A stretch of DNA of 64,000 nt from Amphiscolops sp. MND2022 (taxonomy: Eukaryota), in NCBI GenBank assembly GCA_964187785.1, contig OZ076409.1:62064001-62128000 (forward strand). Reading direction: 5' to 3'. The notes beneath the pieces were generated by a model. That model was not told the DNA's origin. It saw only the letters and a list, made by a program, of their open reading frames with translations, and did not search any database. The stretch's first letter is position 1, and each line of letters begins with the position of its first letter. Shown piece after piece: positions 24,701-38,869 of this stretch. The translations under genes and the position numbers were made by a program.

Positions 24701-27700
24701 TATCCTCATGCTGTATCATGAAAGATAGCATTGCTGGTTCTACCGATTGTATGTGTTTGATTTGTTCTGGGGTTAATATCGTGAAATCCGCTAAAGGGGT
24801 GTCCATTGTGATTGCCTATGGTAGTTCGGAAAAGTTGATAATTTGATACCCGACAGCATTGTTGTTAACAGTACTGAGTGATGCAGTGATAAAAATGCTA
24901 TCATGGTTTTCATACTGTTGTGATGAGGTGACTATTCCAGTTGCAATATGGTCCATCAGATGGGGCATTCTGCTTGCAATGGCAAGAGTTTCGCCTGGTT
25001 GTAAAGTACAGGTATTTTCAGCAAACAATAGTGTTTCTTGTCGTATCGATGTTTGAGTGTCAGGTTTGAGAAGCATTGAAAGATAGGGGAATGTTAGGAT
25101 GCCTTGAGTGACATCAAAAAATCCGTTATTCCTGCGGAGGAAACACAATCCGATGAGCGGTTTTGGTAGAGTTTTCATGATGATGAAATTCTCTTTAACT
25201 TGAATTCAGCCACTTTGGCCACCATGATTCGGAAATTTGGCGGAGGACCAGTTTCTTTTATTGCTTCATTTGCTAGCACTTTGATCTTATTGAGGTCTTG
25301 TTCGGAGATTGCACTTGTAAGGGCTCCGGTATCAATAAGACCATCAAGTGTGAGTTTTTCGGAGTTCATTGGAATGTAGTATATGTGGCGTTTTCACTTC
25401 AATGTCAAGGAGGTTGAAATTAGAAGGCATGACGAGTTTCGTTCCTTGTCGACTTGTATGTATTCTATAAGATCTTCATCTAAAAGGGGTTGTTTTTCAT
25501 CATTGCAAGAAATTTTTATTGTTACGTGGTCTTTTGTTGTTTTGTTGTGTGTTGGATAACTGAGTTTGAGTAGATTTCGGCGTGGGTTGATTTTTGTGGA
25601 AAATAGTTGTCTGGTGTATTATGTAAGAATTCGTATAAGTCTTCCAGTTGAGTTTCCAGAGGTAACTGTTGTGAGTTTTCTGTTGTTAAGTCAGTTTCAC
25701 AGACTGATGTTTTTGTGGGTTTTGGGCTCAGCTGATGTTGCCAGTCATCAGCTGGGTTTGGTGTTTTTTGGTGACTTTGTGCAAAGGCGTGGCGTTTCTT
25801 GTTTAAATGCTTTGACGAGGACTGATGATGTCGTTCCATTTTTGGTCTGATTGTTTTTTTAGCTTGCTTGTACAGTTCAATAACTTTCTTTTGTGCTTCT
25901 GCCAAAATCCATTTTGGTGGTCCATTATCCGGCACCAAAATAACAATCTTCTTCATTATGGCCCGGGGTGTTGCAGTCTGGGCATTTGGGTGCATCCGGG
26001 TGTTCTTCAGGTTTTTGCCGTTTTGCTAATTTGGGGCAGTCAGTCATCATGTGACTGGCATCTTTGCAATAATGGCAATGATCAATTTGAATTGTTTTAT
26101 CAGGTACTCTTTTTGGAGGTCGTTTTTTGGCGTTGTCATTTTGTTTTTGTTCGGTTTTTCAGTGTTTTGTTCCTTTTTAGTAACGGGTATTTGCGTTTTG
26201 ACGAGGGGTTCGTTTGCTTCTAGACCGTTAAGTTCCATTTTTCTTTCAAGATGTTTGACTGTTTGATCATATGTGCCATTTTCGAGCAAAGTCTCTATCA
26301 TTTGGTGGCCTTATCCTCAAATGGTTTTTCAGCACTTTTTTGAAACTCTTCAAGAAAATCTGGAATTTTCTGATTTTCCGGGATCAAATGAAAGTCTGTT
26401 GAAGCTGCTTTGCTGATGCACTGGACTCCGGTTTCACATACGTTCGTCTAAAGACTTTGAGTATGTCTTCTAAAGTCGTGTTTGGGGTTCGTTGTATGTT
26501 GTTGAATGTCTTGAGCGCCAAACCCCTGAGATGGGCATGAAAATGGTTAATTTTCATGTCCTCTGTTAGGTTTGGTTGCATTCGAAGTGTCGTGTGAAAT
26601 AAGTCTTCAAAGTATTCAAAGTTCTCATTTTTCTCGTTTTTACCATTAAATGTTAATATTTTTTTTCTGATGAAAAAGTGATTGTGAGGAGTTTTTGTTG
26701 GCCAGTTTCTTTTATTGTTAAGGCGATTTGATTGACTGGGTCAGGTGGTTTTACTGTCGAGTTTGACAAGTAGTGGTCTGCGTGGGATCCTACTGTGTCC
26801 TTTAGTTTCTGGGAGCATTGTCTGTGGAGTTGTCGGTTGACTCCTGTCACCATGTGATAATCCTCTCCTGCGTCTGATTTTTCGTTTTAGAGTATAGTTA
26901 CGTCTACGTCCGATTCATTCAGCAGGATGTTTCAATTTTCATTTTTCATGCTCTAAGAGTCTCGTTACCTGTAATGGGGGTTCCTACTTGAGTTACTTCT
27001 AGTTCTCTATTTGTGGAAGGAGTTACCAGTCTTCTAGATTGTCCTTTACGTCTGTTTTTCATACTGCTTTGACTGAAAAATAGGTTCTGGCTTATGGGGA
27101 AGCATTTGATTTATCTTTTTTATTCAAAAGAACAAGATCTGATGGTATCACAATGTTACCAAAAGATATACAGATGTACGAAGAGAACAACTGCACTGTT
27201 TAACGGTTGATATTTGAATGAATCTCCTTCTCAGTTAACAATGAAGTAGCTCCAAAAAACACCCTGACACTCCTTTTTTACCATAGTCATTGTTGGAAAA
27301 AGGTAAAAACAGAATTGCATCAGGTAATGTCATACTATTTATAACATTAGCTCAAGTCCATGACATTCAAAATTTGGCTAGGGAAAGGACTAGAGAAACC
27401 CTGGAAATTACCTAAAATATAGAATAGAATGCATTTGGGATGATTTCCAAATAGCACTAGTTCACGTATTCACGTTATATAGTTGGTCCTGCTGGAAACG
27501 CCTAGTGACGAGTGTGCGTCACTACTCCTTCCGCAAGATGCCGCATAGTGTCTCTGCAAAAAGCGCACAGGTTGGCTCCTGTCATCATGTGATAATCCTC
27601 TTCTGCATCTGATTCTTCGTTTGAGAGTATAGTTACGTCTACGTCCGATTCGTTTTGAAATAACGGTTTAGCAGGATGTTTCAATTGTTTCTTTTCTGAA

Positions 27701-28736
27701 GCTCTAAGGGGATAATCATCGTTTTCAGTATCTGAGTTTTCGTTTTTAGACGCGTGAACTCCTTTAGACTTATTTGTTTTGGATCCCGACGGCTGTGAAT
27801 CTTTGATTTCGTTGATTTCTGACCTCGGGTTTGTTACAGTTTATGCACTTTGGTTGGACTTTATTTCCTCAAAGAGTGTTTTGAGTTTGTTTCCATTTCT
27901 TTTCTCATCTTTTCAATTTATCGCTATTCTTTTGTTCCATGATCTGATACTTGAATTTCGTTACTCATCTGACTGACTGGGTTCAGTAATTTTGTTTTCT
28001 AAGTTGTTTTCACCTAAACTCCCTTGAACTACAGTATTAATACTAGTTAAAGTCTCGTTACCTGTAATGGGCGTTCCTACTTGAGTTACTTCTACTTCTC
28101 TATCTGGGGAAGGAGTTTCCAATCTTCTAGAACGTCTATTACGTCTGTTTCACATATTGCTTCGGGTGAAAACAAGGTTCTGGCTTTTGTGGAAGCATTT
28201 GAATAATCTTGTTTATTCAAAAGAACAAGATCTGAGGGTATCACAATGTTACCAAAAGGCTTACAGATGTATGAAGAGAACAACTGCACTAGTTAACGGT
28301 TGAGATGTGAATGAATCTCCCTCTCACTTCACAATGAAGTAGCTCCAAAAAGACCCTGACACTCCTTTTTTACCATAGTCATTGTTGGAAAAAGGTAAAA
28401 ATAGAATTGCATCAGGTAATGTCATACTATTTATAACATTAGCTCAAGTCCATGACATTCAAAATTTTGCTAGGGAAAGGACTAGAGAAACCCTGGAAAT
28501 TACCTAAAATATAGAATAGAATGCATTTGGGATGATTTCCAAATAGCACTAGTTCACGTATTCACGTTATATAGTTGGTACTGCTGGAAACGCCTAGTGA
28601 CGAGTGTGCGTCACTACTCCTTCCGGAAGATGCCGCATAGTGTCTCTGCAAAAAGCGCCCAGTGACGAGTATGTTCATTAGCAACACGAGGAAGGGTTTC
28701 ATTCAAGGCAAACATTACATAAGTGTTATAATTACT
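21701..28736 (-). mobile_element. Ty3/Gypsy copy B: gag-PR-RT-RNaseH-INT (3'-truncated, frameshifted) with two LTR copies
   Basis: LIDTGA protease; RT KLDCSQAYH and QYVDDI; RNase H SDASF and NTAADFLSR; integrase HPG, DILPNLP and TDLGTHF. PR-RT-RH-INT order is Gypsy-type. Confidence 0.95.
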
Positions 28737-29536
28737 TGACTTCTTGAAAAACTAACAGAAAAACAAAACAAAATGCTAGTGCGGTGGTTTAAAGTTTAGA
28801 TTCACATCCTAGCTTTGAGTGTTTGTTGAGGCTGTCGTCTTGTTTGGCTTTGAATACTGATGCGCCACGGCACCCACGCAACTCCTGGGTTGCGACAGTT
28901 GGCAACTAAAATTGGAATAAAACTTTTCATCTTATAGAACGTTCAATTTATGATCTTTTGATGAAACACCATGATATCGTGCAGTAGCATCAAAGAATTC
29001 GTTCTGATAATACTTTACGAATCATGTCTTTGTTGTCTTTGAAGTCTACCAAATTAGAAATCACAAGATCCGAGATCGCAATTCTCAGTAAATCCTTCCC
29101 ACAAGCAATCCTGCCGAAGATTGATAAAAGAACCAGTTGCGAACAGCAAGGAACATATGTGGAAAAAATTTGCAAGCAAATCAATATAACTCGAGGTTGC
29201 AAGCTCCACCCAAAAGGAGCGCTCCTGCTGATGACGATTTATCCAACAAGGCTAAATCTCCTGCGAAAACGGACAGGATTGTGCTCGATTTGCTTTCTTC
29301 GGGACTTTCCGTGTGCAAAGTTGAGCGGTCGAGACAATTTTTTTGTGAAAGTTTTGCCAATGAATTGAGTCGAGGCTCTCGAGAACATCCTTCAATCTGC
29401 TGCAACGTATGTGGAAGGGTCCATTTTGCGCAAAGAGGTCTAAAACAGATGAAGGATTACAAGAAAAACTATACCTTTTTATGCACAAAGTGTTCAGCGA
29501 CAAGACGATTGATCCAGCAAACAGAAGAAACCTTCA
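28737..29536 (+). pseudogene. Polinton segment, copy 2 (internally deleted)
   Basis: Matches 20497-21700 with a ~400-bp deletion near 29335. Confidence 0.75.
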
Positions 29537-32500
29537 CCTGAACTCTCGAAATGGAACTTTTGTCGCTTGTGTATCAGCCTTTGGGTTAAGAATGTAGCAA
29601 TAATCAGTTGTTTCAAGCGGAGCTCCTTTCGCTTTGCGGTTTTAGTAAGCATTGTAATTAAAGTAAGATTGCATGATGTTCTTCTTAGTTTGATCTAGGA
29701 GGAGTTTCATGCGTTTTTGAATTTCTTCTGCTAAATCTGCTTGCGGTTGGTATCGTGGATTAGGGTTGTATCCGAGTTTGTAGTCTAGGTTCTTGTTTGG
29801 TATTCTACCATGGAAGACTCGTGAAGGTTCACAATCGAGTGATGCATGGTATGTTGCGTTGTGATTAAGGACAGCCGAAGGGAGGTATTTATGCCAGTTA
29901 TTCCTCAACTCGCCTGTTGCAGCTTTTAGGTGTGTTTTGATGTTTCATTGTTGCGTGCTTCCGTTCAATTCCCAGCACTGCTGCAAATTCGTGAGTTACT
30001 TGTGCATTGAATTGAGTGCCTAAATCCGTCATTATTGTTGTTGGAAGGTATGTGTGTTTGCATTGAATGTCCATGATGACTCTTGATACTGTTGTAGCAG
30101 TAATACGAATTACAGGGTAGGCAAACAAGTATCTTGAGAAGACATCTATTGCTGTGATGATATCATCATAGCCTCCACTGGGGGGAAGGTTTGGTAAAAT
30201 ATCCATTTGCAAGATGTCTTCCTGTCCGAGGTCCCATTCTGGACAATTGAGGAGATCTGTCCTGAGGAGGTCATGATTGATTCGTTTTGTTTGGATGCAG
30301 ATTTGGCACTTATTAACCCAGTTTTTGATGTTTTTTGCCATGCATGTGTAGTACCATTTTTGCCGTGCTTCTTGATTCATCTTGGTGATTCCGGGATTGT
30401 TTGAACTATGAACATGTAGAGCCTGAAACAATTCTTCTAGGAGTTGGATTGGTAGAAAGTTTTGGTAGTGAGATATGGTTCCGGTGTCCGTGTGGTATTT
30501 GCGTGTGAGAACTTCCTGTTTTATCTCTATTTGCGTTGTTTTGTAAGTAGTGCTGATATCTATAGTCTGATGCCAGTTCATTTTCGTCAAAAGGGTTTCC
30601 TTCAATGTTTTCTCTCAGGTGTCTAAGGACTATGTCATTATTCTGCTCAAGGCGGATTCTTTCGTTGTCTTTAAACTATCCTGAGGAGTAGGAGATCAGT
30701 CTTGATGTAAGTTTGTGAAATTGTTGTAGCTCAGAAACAGCGTTTTCTTGGTCATTGTGTGTTCCGGTTTGTGCTTGATTCCATATGTTTTGTTTTTCTT
30801 ACCATAATTGATTTTCATCAATTTCGTCATCAGTGAGAACATACATTTATTCTTCTTCGACGATGCTGGATGGGTGATAATTCACTTCAATCGCTTTCGT
30901 GTGAATATCATTGCGAATGGCCATTTCCAGTTTTTTGGTTGGATCGACTTCCGTTCTAGATAAGAAGTCGGCAGCGGTGTTCAATGATCCAGCAACATGG
31001 GCGTTCACGAAATTGTATTGTAGGACATAATCGCAGGCCTTCCAGAGTGCTGGAGGGATCATTTTTGTTTAGAAAAAAACGGGTTACTGAACCATTATCT
31101 GTGAACACGATTACTGGAAAGGTACTACCCCACATGAGGTGTCCGAATTCAACAAATGCAAAGTATATGGAAAGAATTTCTTTTGCATAAATTGACATTT
31201 TTGTCTGTGTTGGGTTGAAAATTTTTGAATCAAATGCTATGGGAGCATTTGTTTTGCGTTTGGATTGGAGTTTTTGGTTCGGGTCGTCTTGGATCATGAT
31301 AGCATATCCTGCTGCTGTGAAACTTGCATCGGACACGACTATAAGGTGCTTGTTTTTCAGTGGTTGTTTTAAAACTAACTGGCAGGGATTTTCTAGGAGT
31401 TTGTTGATGTTTTTGAAGTCTTCTACCAAGTTTGTTGGTAAGTAGAATTTGGAGGTATCTTTGAGGAGTTCGAAGAACGAAGAGAGAGCCGTTTCGAAAG
31501 GCGTGGTATGTAGTTTTGGTAAAAGTTCAAAAATCCGATATACCTCTGTAACGCCTTTTTTGATTTGCGAAAGCAAAGTTTTGAGAGGAAATCTTTCACT
31601 TTGTCGGCTTGACTCCGTTGGGTGTGATTGTGCGTCCCAAAAAGTCGTCTTGTTTGACTTCAAAGTGGCATTTTGACATAGAGAGTTTTAATCCTGCTTT
31701 GCGTTTGCATTCAAAGACAGTTTTGATATTTGTACACAATTGTTTTGTTTCATTTGACGCTATGCCAATGTCGTCGACATACTGGGCACATTGGTATGCT
31801 TTAATTGCTCTGTCTAGGTACTCTCTCACAAAGCTTGAAAATGCAGAAAGTGATCCGCTGATGCCCTGAGCAAGGCGACGATAAGCAAATGTTCTACTTG
31901 CAAAATTGAAAGCGAGCATTTGAATGGATTGGCAATCGGCCATCTGAAGGCAGTGGTAAGCCTGTAAGCAATCCAATTTGCAAAAAAAATTTCCCTGCCA
32001 TGTGTTGGACTGCATCTGATAAAGTGCTTACCGGGTGGTTGTTATTGGAGTAATCTTCAAAGATGAGGTTGTTATTCTTCCTGAGGTCTACTAAAAGTCT
32101 GAGGCGCCCGTTGGGTTTGCGTTGCGCAAAAATTGGGTTTGCATGTTCGGCGAAAGGTAAAGAGCTGTAATGAACCGTACTTGTGTGTAGAAGTGCAAGT
32201 TCTACTGTGATATCATCTTTGAGGTTGATAGGAGATGGCAGATTTTGACTGTAAGCGTTTCTGTCATCATTTGGCGTTAGTTTCACTTTGAATTCACGGT
32301 TTATGCTTTATCGAAACGATGTCTGGCAAAAATATCGTGGAATTCAATGAGGATCTCTTCAATTTCTTGTCGTTCGTCTGGGCTGCGCGTTGTGTCGGAC
32401 GAGTCGAAGTAGGAAAGGAATGTTTTTCTGGATGTGTCGTTATCATTTGGGTTCAATTCATTGATTTCTTTTAGTTCGAGAAGCTCATTGTGGATACGTT

Positions 32501-35452
32501 GCTGAATTGGAGTATATGTTGCCGGATCGCCTGGTTCTTCAGTGGTTGGGAACCAGTATGTTTACTGCTCTGAATTTTGTTTTAGTACTTTGAGAAGTTC
32601 ATTTATGCAGACTTCCGTTGTATCCTCTTGCTGTATCATGAAAGATAGCAATGCTGGTTCTACTGGTTGTATGTGTTTGATTTAATCTGGGGTTATTATC
32701 TTGAAATCCGCTAAATGGGTGTCCATTGTGATTGTGGATTGTAGTTCGGAAAAGTTGATGATTTGATACCCGACAGCATTGTTGTTAACAGTACTGAGTG
32801 ATGCAGTGATGAAGATGCTATCATGGCTTTCAAACTGTTGTGATGGGGTGACTATTCCAGTTGCGTTATGGTCCACCAGATGGGGCATTCTGCTTGCAGT
32901 GGCAAGAGTTTCGCCTGGTTGTAAAGTATAGGTAATTTCAACAAACAGTGGTGCTGCTTGTCGTATCGATGTTTGAGTGTCAGGTTTGAACTGCATTGAA
33001 AGGTAGGGGAATGTTAGGATGCCTTGAGTGACATCAAAAAATCCGTTATTCCTGCGGAGGAAACACAATCCGATGAGCGGTTTTGGTAGAGTTTTCATGA
33101 TGATGAAATTCTCTTTTAACTTGAAATCAGCCACTTCAAATTCTAGTAGTACAGTACCAATAGGGACTTCTAGTTGTCCGTTGGCTACCATGATTTGGAA
33201 ATTTGGTGGAGGACCGGTTTCTTTTATTGCTTCATTTGCTAGCAAGTTGATCTTATTGAGGTCTTGTTCGGAGATTGCACTTGTAAGGGCTCCGGTATCA
33301 ATAAGACCGTTCAAGTGTGAGTTTTTCGAAGTCCATTGGAATGTAGTACATGTGACGTTTTCGCTTCAATGTCAAGGAGGTTGAAATTGGAAGGTTTGAC
33401 AAGTTTCGTTCCTTGTCAAAGTGTATGTATTCGGTGAGATCTTCATCTAAAGGGGGTTGTTTATCATCATTGCAAGAAGTTTTTATTGTTTGGTGGTATT
33501 TTGTTGTTTTGTCGTGTGTTGGATAACTGAGTTTGAGTTGATCTCGGGGCGGGTTGAATTTTTTGGAAAGTAGTTGTCTGGTGCGTCAGATTAGAATTCG
33601 TATAAGTCTTCGGGTTGAGTTTCCAGAGTTAACTGTTGTGAGGTTTCTGTTGTTAAGTCAGCTCCACAGACTGATTTTTTTTGCGGGTTTTAGGTTCAGC
33701 TGATGCTGCCAGTCATCAGCTGGGTTTGGTGTTTGTGGTGATTTTGTGTAAAGGCGTGGCGTTTCTAGTTCAAATCCTTTGATGAGGACTGATGATGTCG
33801 TTCCATTTTTGGTCTGATTGGTTTTTTAGCTTGCTTGAACAGTTCGATAACTTTCTTTTGTGCTTCTGTCAAATTCCATTTTGTTGGTCTGTTATCCATA
33901 GTGGCACCACCAAAATAGCAATCTTCTTCATTATGGCTCGGGGTTTTGCAGTTTGGGCATTTGGGTGCATCCGGGTCTTCTTCAAGTTTTCGCCGTTTTG
34001 CTAATTTGGGGCAGTCAGTCATCATGTGGCTGGCATCTTTGCAGAAACGGCAATGATCATTTTTGAGTGTTTTATCAGGTACTGTTTTTGGAGTTTGTTT
34101 TTTAGCTTTGTCATTTTGTTTTTTGTTGGATTTTTTTAGTGTTTTGTTCCTTTTTAGTAACGGGTATTTGCGTTTTGACGAGGGGTTCGCTTGCTTCTAG
34201 ACCGTTAAGTTCCATTTCTCTTTCAAGATCGTCGTTTTCAGAATCTTAGTTTTTGTTATTAGATGCGTGAACTCCTATAGACTTATTTGTTTTGGATCCG
34301 ACGGATGTGGATCTTTGATTTAGTTGATTTCTGACCTCGGGTTTGTTACAGTTGGTGCACTTTTGTTTGACTTTATTTCCTTTAAGATTGTTTCGAGTTT
34401 GTTTTCCATTTCTTCTCTCATCATTTCAATCCTATCGTTATTCTTTTGTTCCGTGATCTGGGTCCATACTTGAATTTCGTTACTCATCTGACTGGGTTCA
34501 GTAAGTTGGTTTTCTAAGTTCTTTTCACCCAATCTCCCTTGAACTACAGTATTAATACTAGTTAAAGTCTCGTTACCTGTAATGGGCGTTCCTACTTGAG
34601 TTACTTCTACTTCTCTATTTGGGGAAAAAGTTTACAATCTTCTAGAACGTCTATTACGTCTTTTCCCATATTGCTTCGAGTGAAAAACAGGTTCTGGCTT
34701 TTGGGGAAGCATTTGAATTATCTTGCTTATTCAAAAGAACAAGATCTGAGGGTATCACAAGGTTACCAAAAGGCTTACAGATGTATGAAGAGAACAACTG
34801 CACTAGTTAACGGTTGAGATGTGAATGAATCTCACACTCAGTTTACTATGAAGTAGCTCCAAAAAATACCCTGACACCCCTTTTTTACCATAGTCATTTT
34901 TGGAAAAAGATAAAAGGAGAATTGCATCAGGTAACGTCATACTATTTATAACATTAGCTCAAGTCCATAACATTCAAAATATGGGTAAGGAAAAGACTCG
35001 AGAAACCCTGGAAATTACCTAGAATATAGTATAGAATGCATTTGGGATTTCCAAATAGCACTTGTTCACGTATTCACGGTATATAGTTGGTCCTGCTGGA
35101 AACGCATAGTGACGAGTTAGCGTCACTACTCGTTCCACAGGATGCCGCATAGTGTCTCTGCAAAAAGCGCCTGGTGACGAGTATGCGTCACGCCTTGAAA
35201 CGTATAATGCGCATACTGATATCGACAAATCCGCATGGCGACGAGTATACGTCACTCTTCGAATTATAGTGGTACCATGCTAAGATGCAAGTTACTATAT
35301 GAGGACGATTTCAAATGAACTAAAGCTTCCAAATTATATCATTTGAGACTGGGTATAGGTAAATAAGGGCTCTCAATGACGTTTTATTGTTCATTAGCAA
35401 CATGAGGAAGCGTTTACTTCAAGGCAAACATTACATAAATGTTATATTTACA
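29537..35452 (-). mobile_element. Ty3/Gypsy copy C: gag (deleted at ~34228), PR-RT-RNaseH-INT and the longest LTR version
   Basis: LIDTGA, QYVDDI, VVSDASF, VFTD, ADFLSR, CQIC, QMDIL and TDLGTQF. It has the same 3' junction as copy B. Confidence 0.95.
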
Positions 35453-36670
35453 TGACTTCGTGAAAAACTAACAGAAAAACAAAACAAAATGCTAGTTCGT
35501 TGGTTTAAAGTTTTGATTCATATCCTAGCTTTGAGAGCTTGTTGTGGCTGTCATCTTGTTTGGCTTTGATTACTGCTGCGCTACGGCACCCACGCAACTC
35601 CTTGCGATAGTTGGCAACTAAAAATGGAATAAAACTTTTGCATCTGATAGAACGTTCAATTTTTGATCATTTGACGGAACACCATGATATCGGGCAGTAG
35701 CATCAACGATTTCGTTCTGATAACACTGGACGAATACATGTCCTTGTTGTCTTTGAGAACTACCAAATCAGAAACCACAAAATCCGAAATCGCGAATCTC
35801 AGTGAATCTTTCCCACAAGCAATCCTGCCGAATGTTGATAAAAGAACCAGTTGCGAACGGCAAGGAACAAATGCGGAAAAAAATTGCACGCAAGTCAATT
35901 CAAACTCGAGGTTGCAAGCTCCATCCAAAAGAGCGCTCCTGCTGATGACGACTTATCTAACAAGGCTACATCTCTTGCAAAAACGGACAGGATTGTGCTC
36001 GATTTGCTTTCTTCGGGACTTTCCGTGGGCAAAGTTGAGCGGTCGAGCCAAATCTTGCAAAAAATTGATCGGACCAAAGATGTGTCGATTGATTCAACTC
36101 TGGTCGATTACTAATGCACGACGGAGACGTAAATATACCATGTTTTGAGTTTTTGAATGACCCACATGTAACCACAAAAAAATTGAGTGAAAATGCTTTC
36201 GAACTGATCAGGAGAATCCGGTTAAATGAGTTTCTTCTCGCTAATACAAATACAAAAATTGTTGCATCAGAATTTGTTCACTATCACGAAGAACGGATTT
36301 GGAAGAAAAGATTGGAAGTTCCTCACCTGCTAAATGGTTGCGTTTATAATAGCAAGAATCAGTTTCATGCGAAACTCAGTTCCCGGCAGTTGATCTTACA
36401 GCAGGAAATGTGTAAAATTAAAAAAGATACAACTAGAAAATATAAAACAAAATAATTTAGTGTAAGTTGTGCCAATGATTTGGGTCGAGGCTCTCAAGAA
36501 CATCCTCCAATCTGGTTCAACGTATGTGGTTGGGACCAATTTGCGTGATGAGGTCTAAAACAGATGAAGGATTACAAGAAAAACTATAGCTTTTTATGCA
36601 CAAAGTGTTCAGCAACAAGACGATTGATCCAGCAAACAGAAGAAACCTTCGCACAGGGCACCTTGAATAA
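35453..36670 (+). pseudogene. Polinton segment, copy 3 (continuous with the rest of the Polinton)
   Basis: Homologous to copies 1 and 2 but continues past GAAACCTTC into unique sequence. Confidence 0.75.
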
Positions 36671-37466
36671 CCTTTCCACATCCTGGAACAATCCGTCTGT
36701 TTTTGGCAGTCATTATGATACACATCCCTAAAAATAGATTTCAGTCACGCAGCGTAATCCGTGTAATCCGTAAAATGGTCATTCAGCGTAAGCTAGTCCA
36801 GACTGTCTATGCCTGAACGGTGTAGCTGTGTCAACGCGCATAATGGAAAATGATGTAAAATAGTCAAGGCACGTAGTTAGTGAAAAGTGGAAGTTAGTCC
36901 ACAATTACACTTTTTCGTAATTCAGTCGAAACTTTGACTAACTTTTACTTGCAAGTATAGCGATCTGCAATTTGCAAAAAGAGGAATGTGGTCAAAGAAT
37001 TGACTAACTTACACCAAGTTTACTTGCATTCAAAACTCAGTGTTCATTGTAATTCCAATTCTAACCACCACATCGTAAAACAGTCAAAGTAAACAATGAT
37101 TCAACAAATTATTAGTTATCATTACTGTGCTCTACCGTGCATGTACGTATAAATTGCATTCAATGCAAGTTGCGCACGTGTGCACGTGTATTTCATCCAC
37201 GCATTTACGTGCAAATAAAATATCTTGTAGCTACTAATTAGTACAATTATAATAATCGATTGATCTGTCACCGGGTTTCCTATTTTAGGAAGATATATTT
37301 TCAAAGCAGCCCTCAACAATAATTGCTCAACTAATTTAAACTTTGGTCCCTGTCGTGAGCAAAGCACTGTCCCCGGAAAGTTTGGTCAACGAATTGATCA
37401 TCTTGTTATTCTGGGTATTTCGAGCCAGGGTATTGACAAGGATCAATTTTGATCCCTGTCGTAAGC

Positions 37467-38350
37467 AACATCAAGAAAAGTTGTAACAAATTGTCTATAT
37501 GAAGTTGAAACTTTATCAAACCGAAAACAATAGTTTATGGAAGACCAATCATGAATTAATGAATTGAAAAGGAAGTTGGGACGATGTGCCTTATCCCCCT
37601 TTCAGATGAACACTGTTTCTTATCCAACAACCCCCTCCCTATCCAAGTCTCCCCAAACAAATGAAAGTAGGTCACTATTCCAAGGTGAGCATCATCAACA
37701 AAACAATCTAACAAACCTCAAATCGGTCTTTTTCAACATTCAAACGTTGATTCGCAGTTTGTAGTTGGGTCTTTGTGCGCAATACATACGGAAAACTTTT
37801 GGTACGTCAGCAGGAAATTGTGGAAAAACATCTCTTCTTGTTCAAAACTTTCGGAAAGTTCACATTTCAGATTAAACATTTTTATCTCGATTACATGGCA
37901 ATCCAGAAATTTTGTGGATATGTTGAAAACCTTCCAATGGAAATTGGAAACATACATTCAATCTGAGGAGTTGGTTTTTCAGAATCTTTTTGGGATGGCT
38001 TCTTACATGAAGTCATTTTTGATTTCAGAGCACAATTTTCTAATCTATTAGTGAATTAAGGCTTTTTCTTCGACAAATGAGACTCGACAACCTCAGAGTA
38101 ACATCAAGAAAAGTTGTTACAAATAGTCTATACGAAGTTGAAACTTTATCAAACCGGAATCAATAGTTTATGAAAAACCAATCATGAATTATTGAACTAA
38201 AAACGAAGTTTGGACTATGTGCCTTATCCCCCTCAGATAAATACTGTTTTTTATCCAACAACACCCCCCTTCCAAGTCTCCCCGAACAAATGAAAGTAGG
38301 TCACTATTCCAAGGAGAGCATCATCAACAAAACAACCTAACAAACCTGAA
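37467..38350. repeat. ~255-bp direct duplication (37467-37722 and ~38100-38350)
   Basis: ACATCAAGAAAAGTTGT...CAACAAAACAA.CTAACAAACCT is present twice. Confidence 0.85.
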
Positions 38351-38869
38351 ACTTTATCAACCCAAAAACAGTAATGGGTTTTTACTGATAAAAATCATTT
38401 GAATGATTAATCGTGAAAAATCGATTTGGTTACAAAATTTTAGTGACAGTGAAAAATACCTAGGTACATATATTCTGAATGGGCGATTGATCCGTCGTCA
38501 ATTTACTGAAATTGGTAATTTTGGTCCCTGTCATGCCAGTGTCTATTTACTAGTACAACTAATAATAGTTTTACTAATGTAGTAAGATTGACTAATTGAT
38601 ACTGTGTATGCAAATCAAGCAGTGTAGTTATGAGTCGGCCTGTGTAATTCACCAGAACAACCCGTAATTACCAGAACTATGTGTAATTATGAGATGCACA
38701 GTGCAAGCAGTCAAATTGCGTAGAAACGATGTTTGATTTAAACTAGTCAATTACTGTAATTTCTTATGGTGGTAACTGGTCAATTTACGAAGCTGTATCA
38801 ACTAGTGTAACGTCTTATCAATGCGTGTAAGGTGTGACAAGTGTAAAACTTCCAAAAAAATGTTCTGGT

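Noticed and set aside
15490..35460. TSD for the Gypsy insertion
   Set aside because: The left flank (..GTTGT) does not match the right flank at either candidate LTR boundary (TAAAT/TAAGT or TGACT), so no TSD is claimed.
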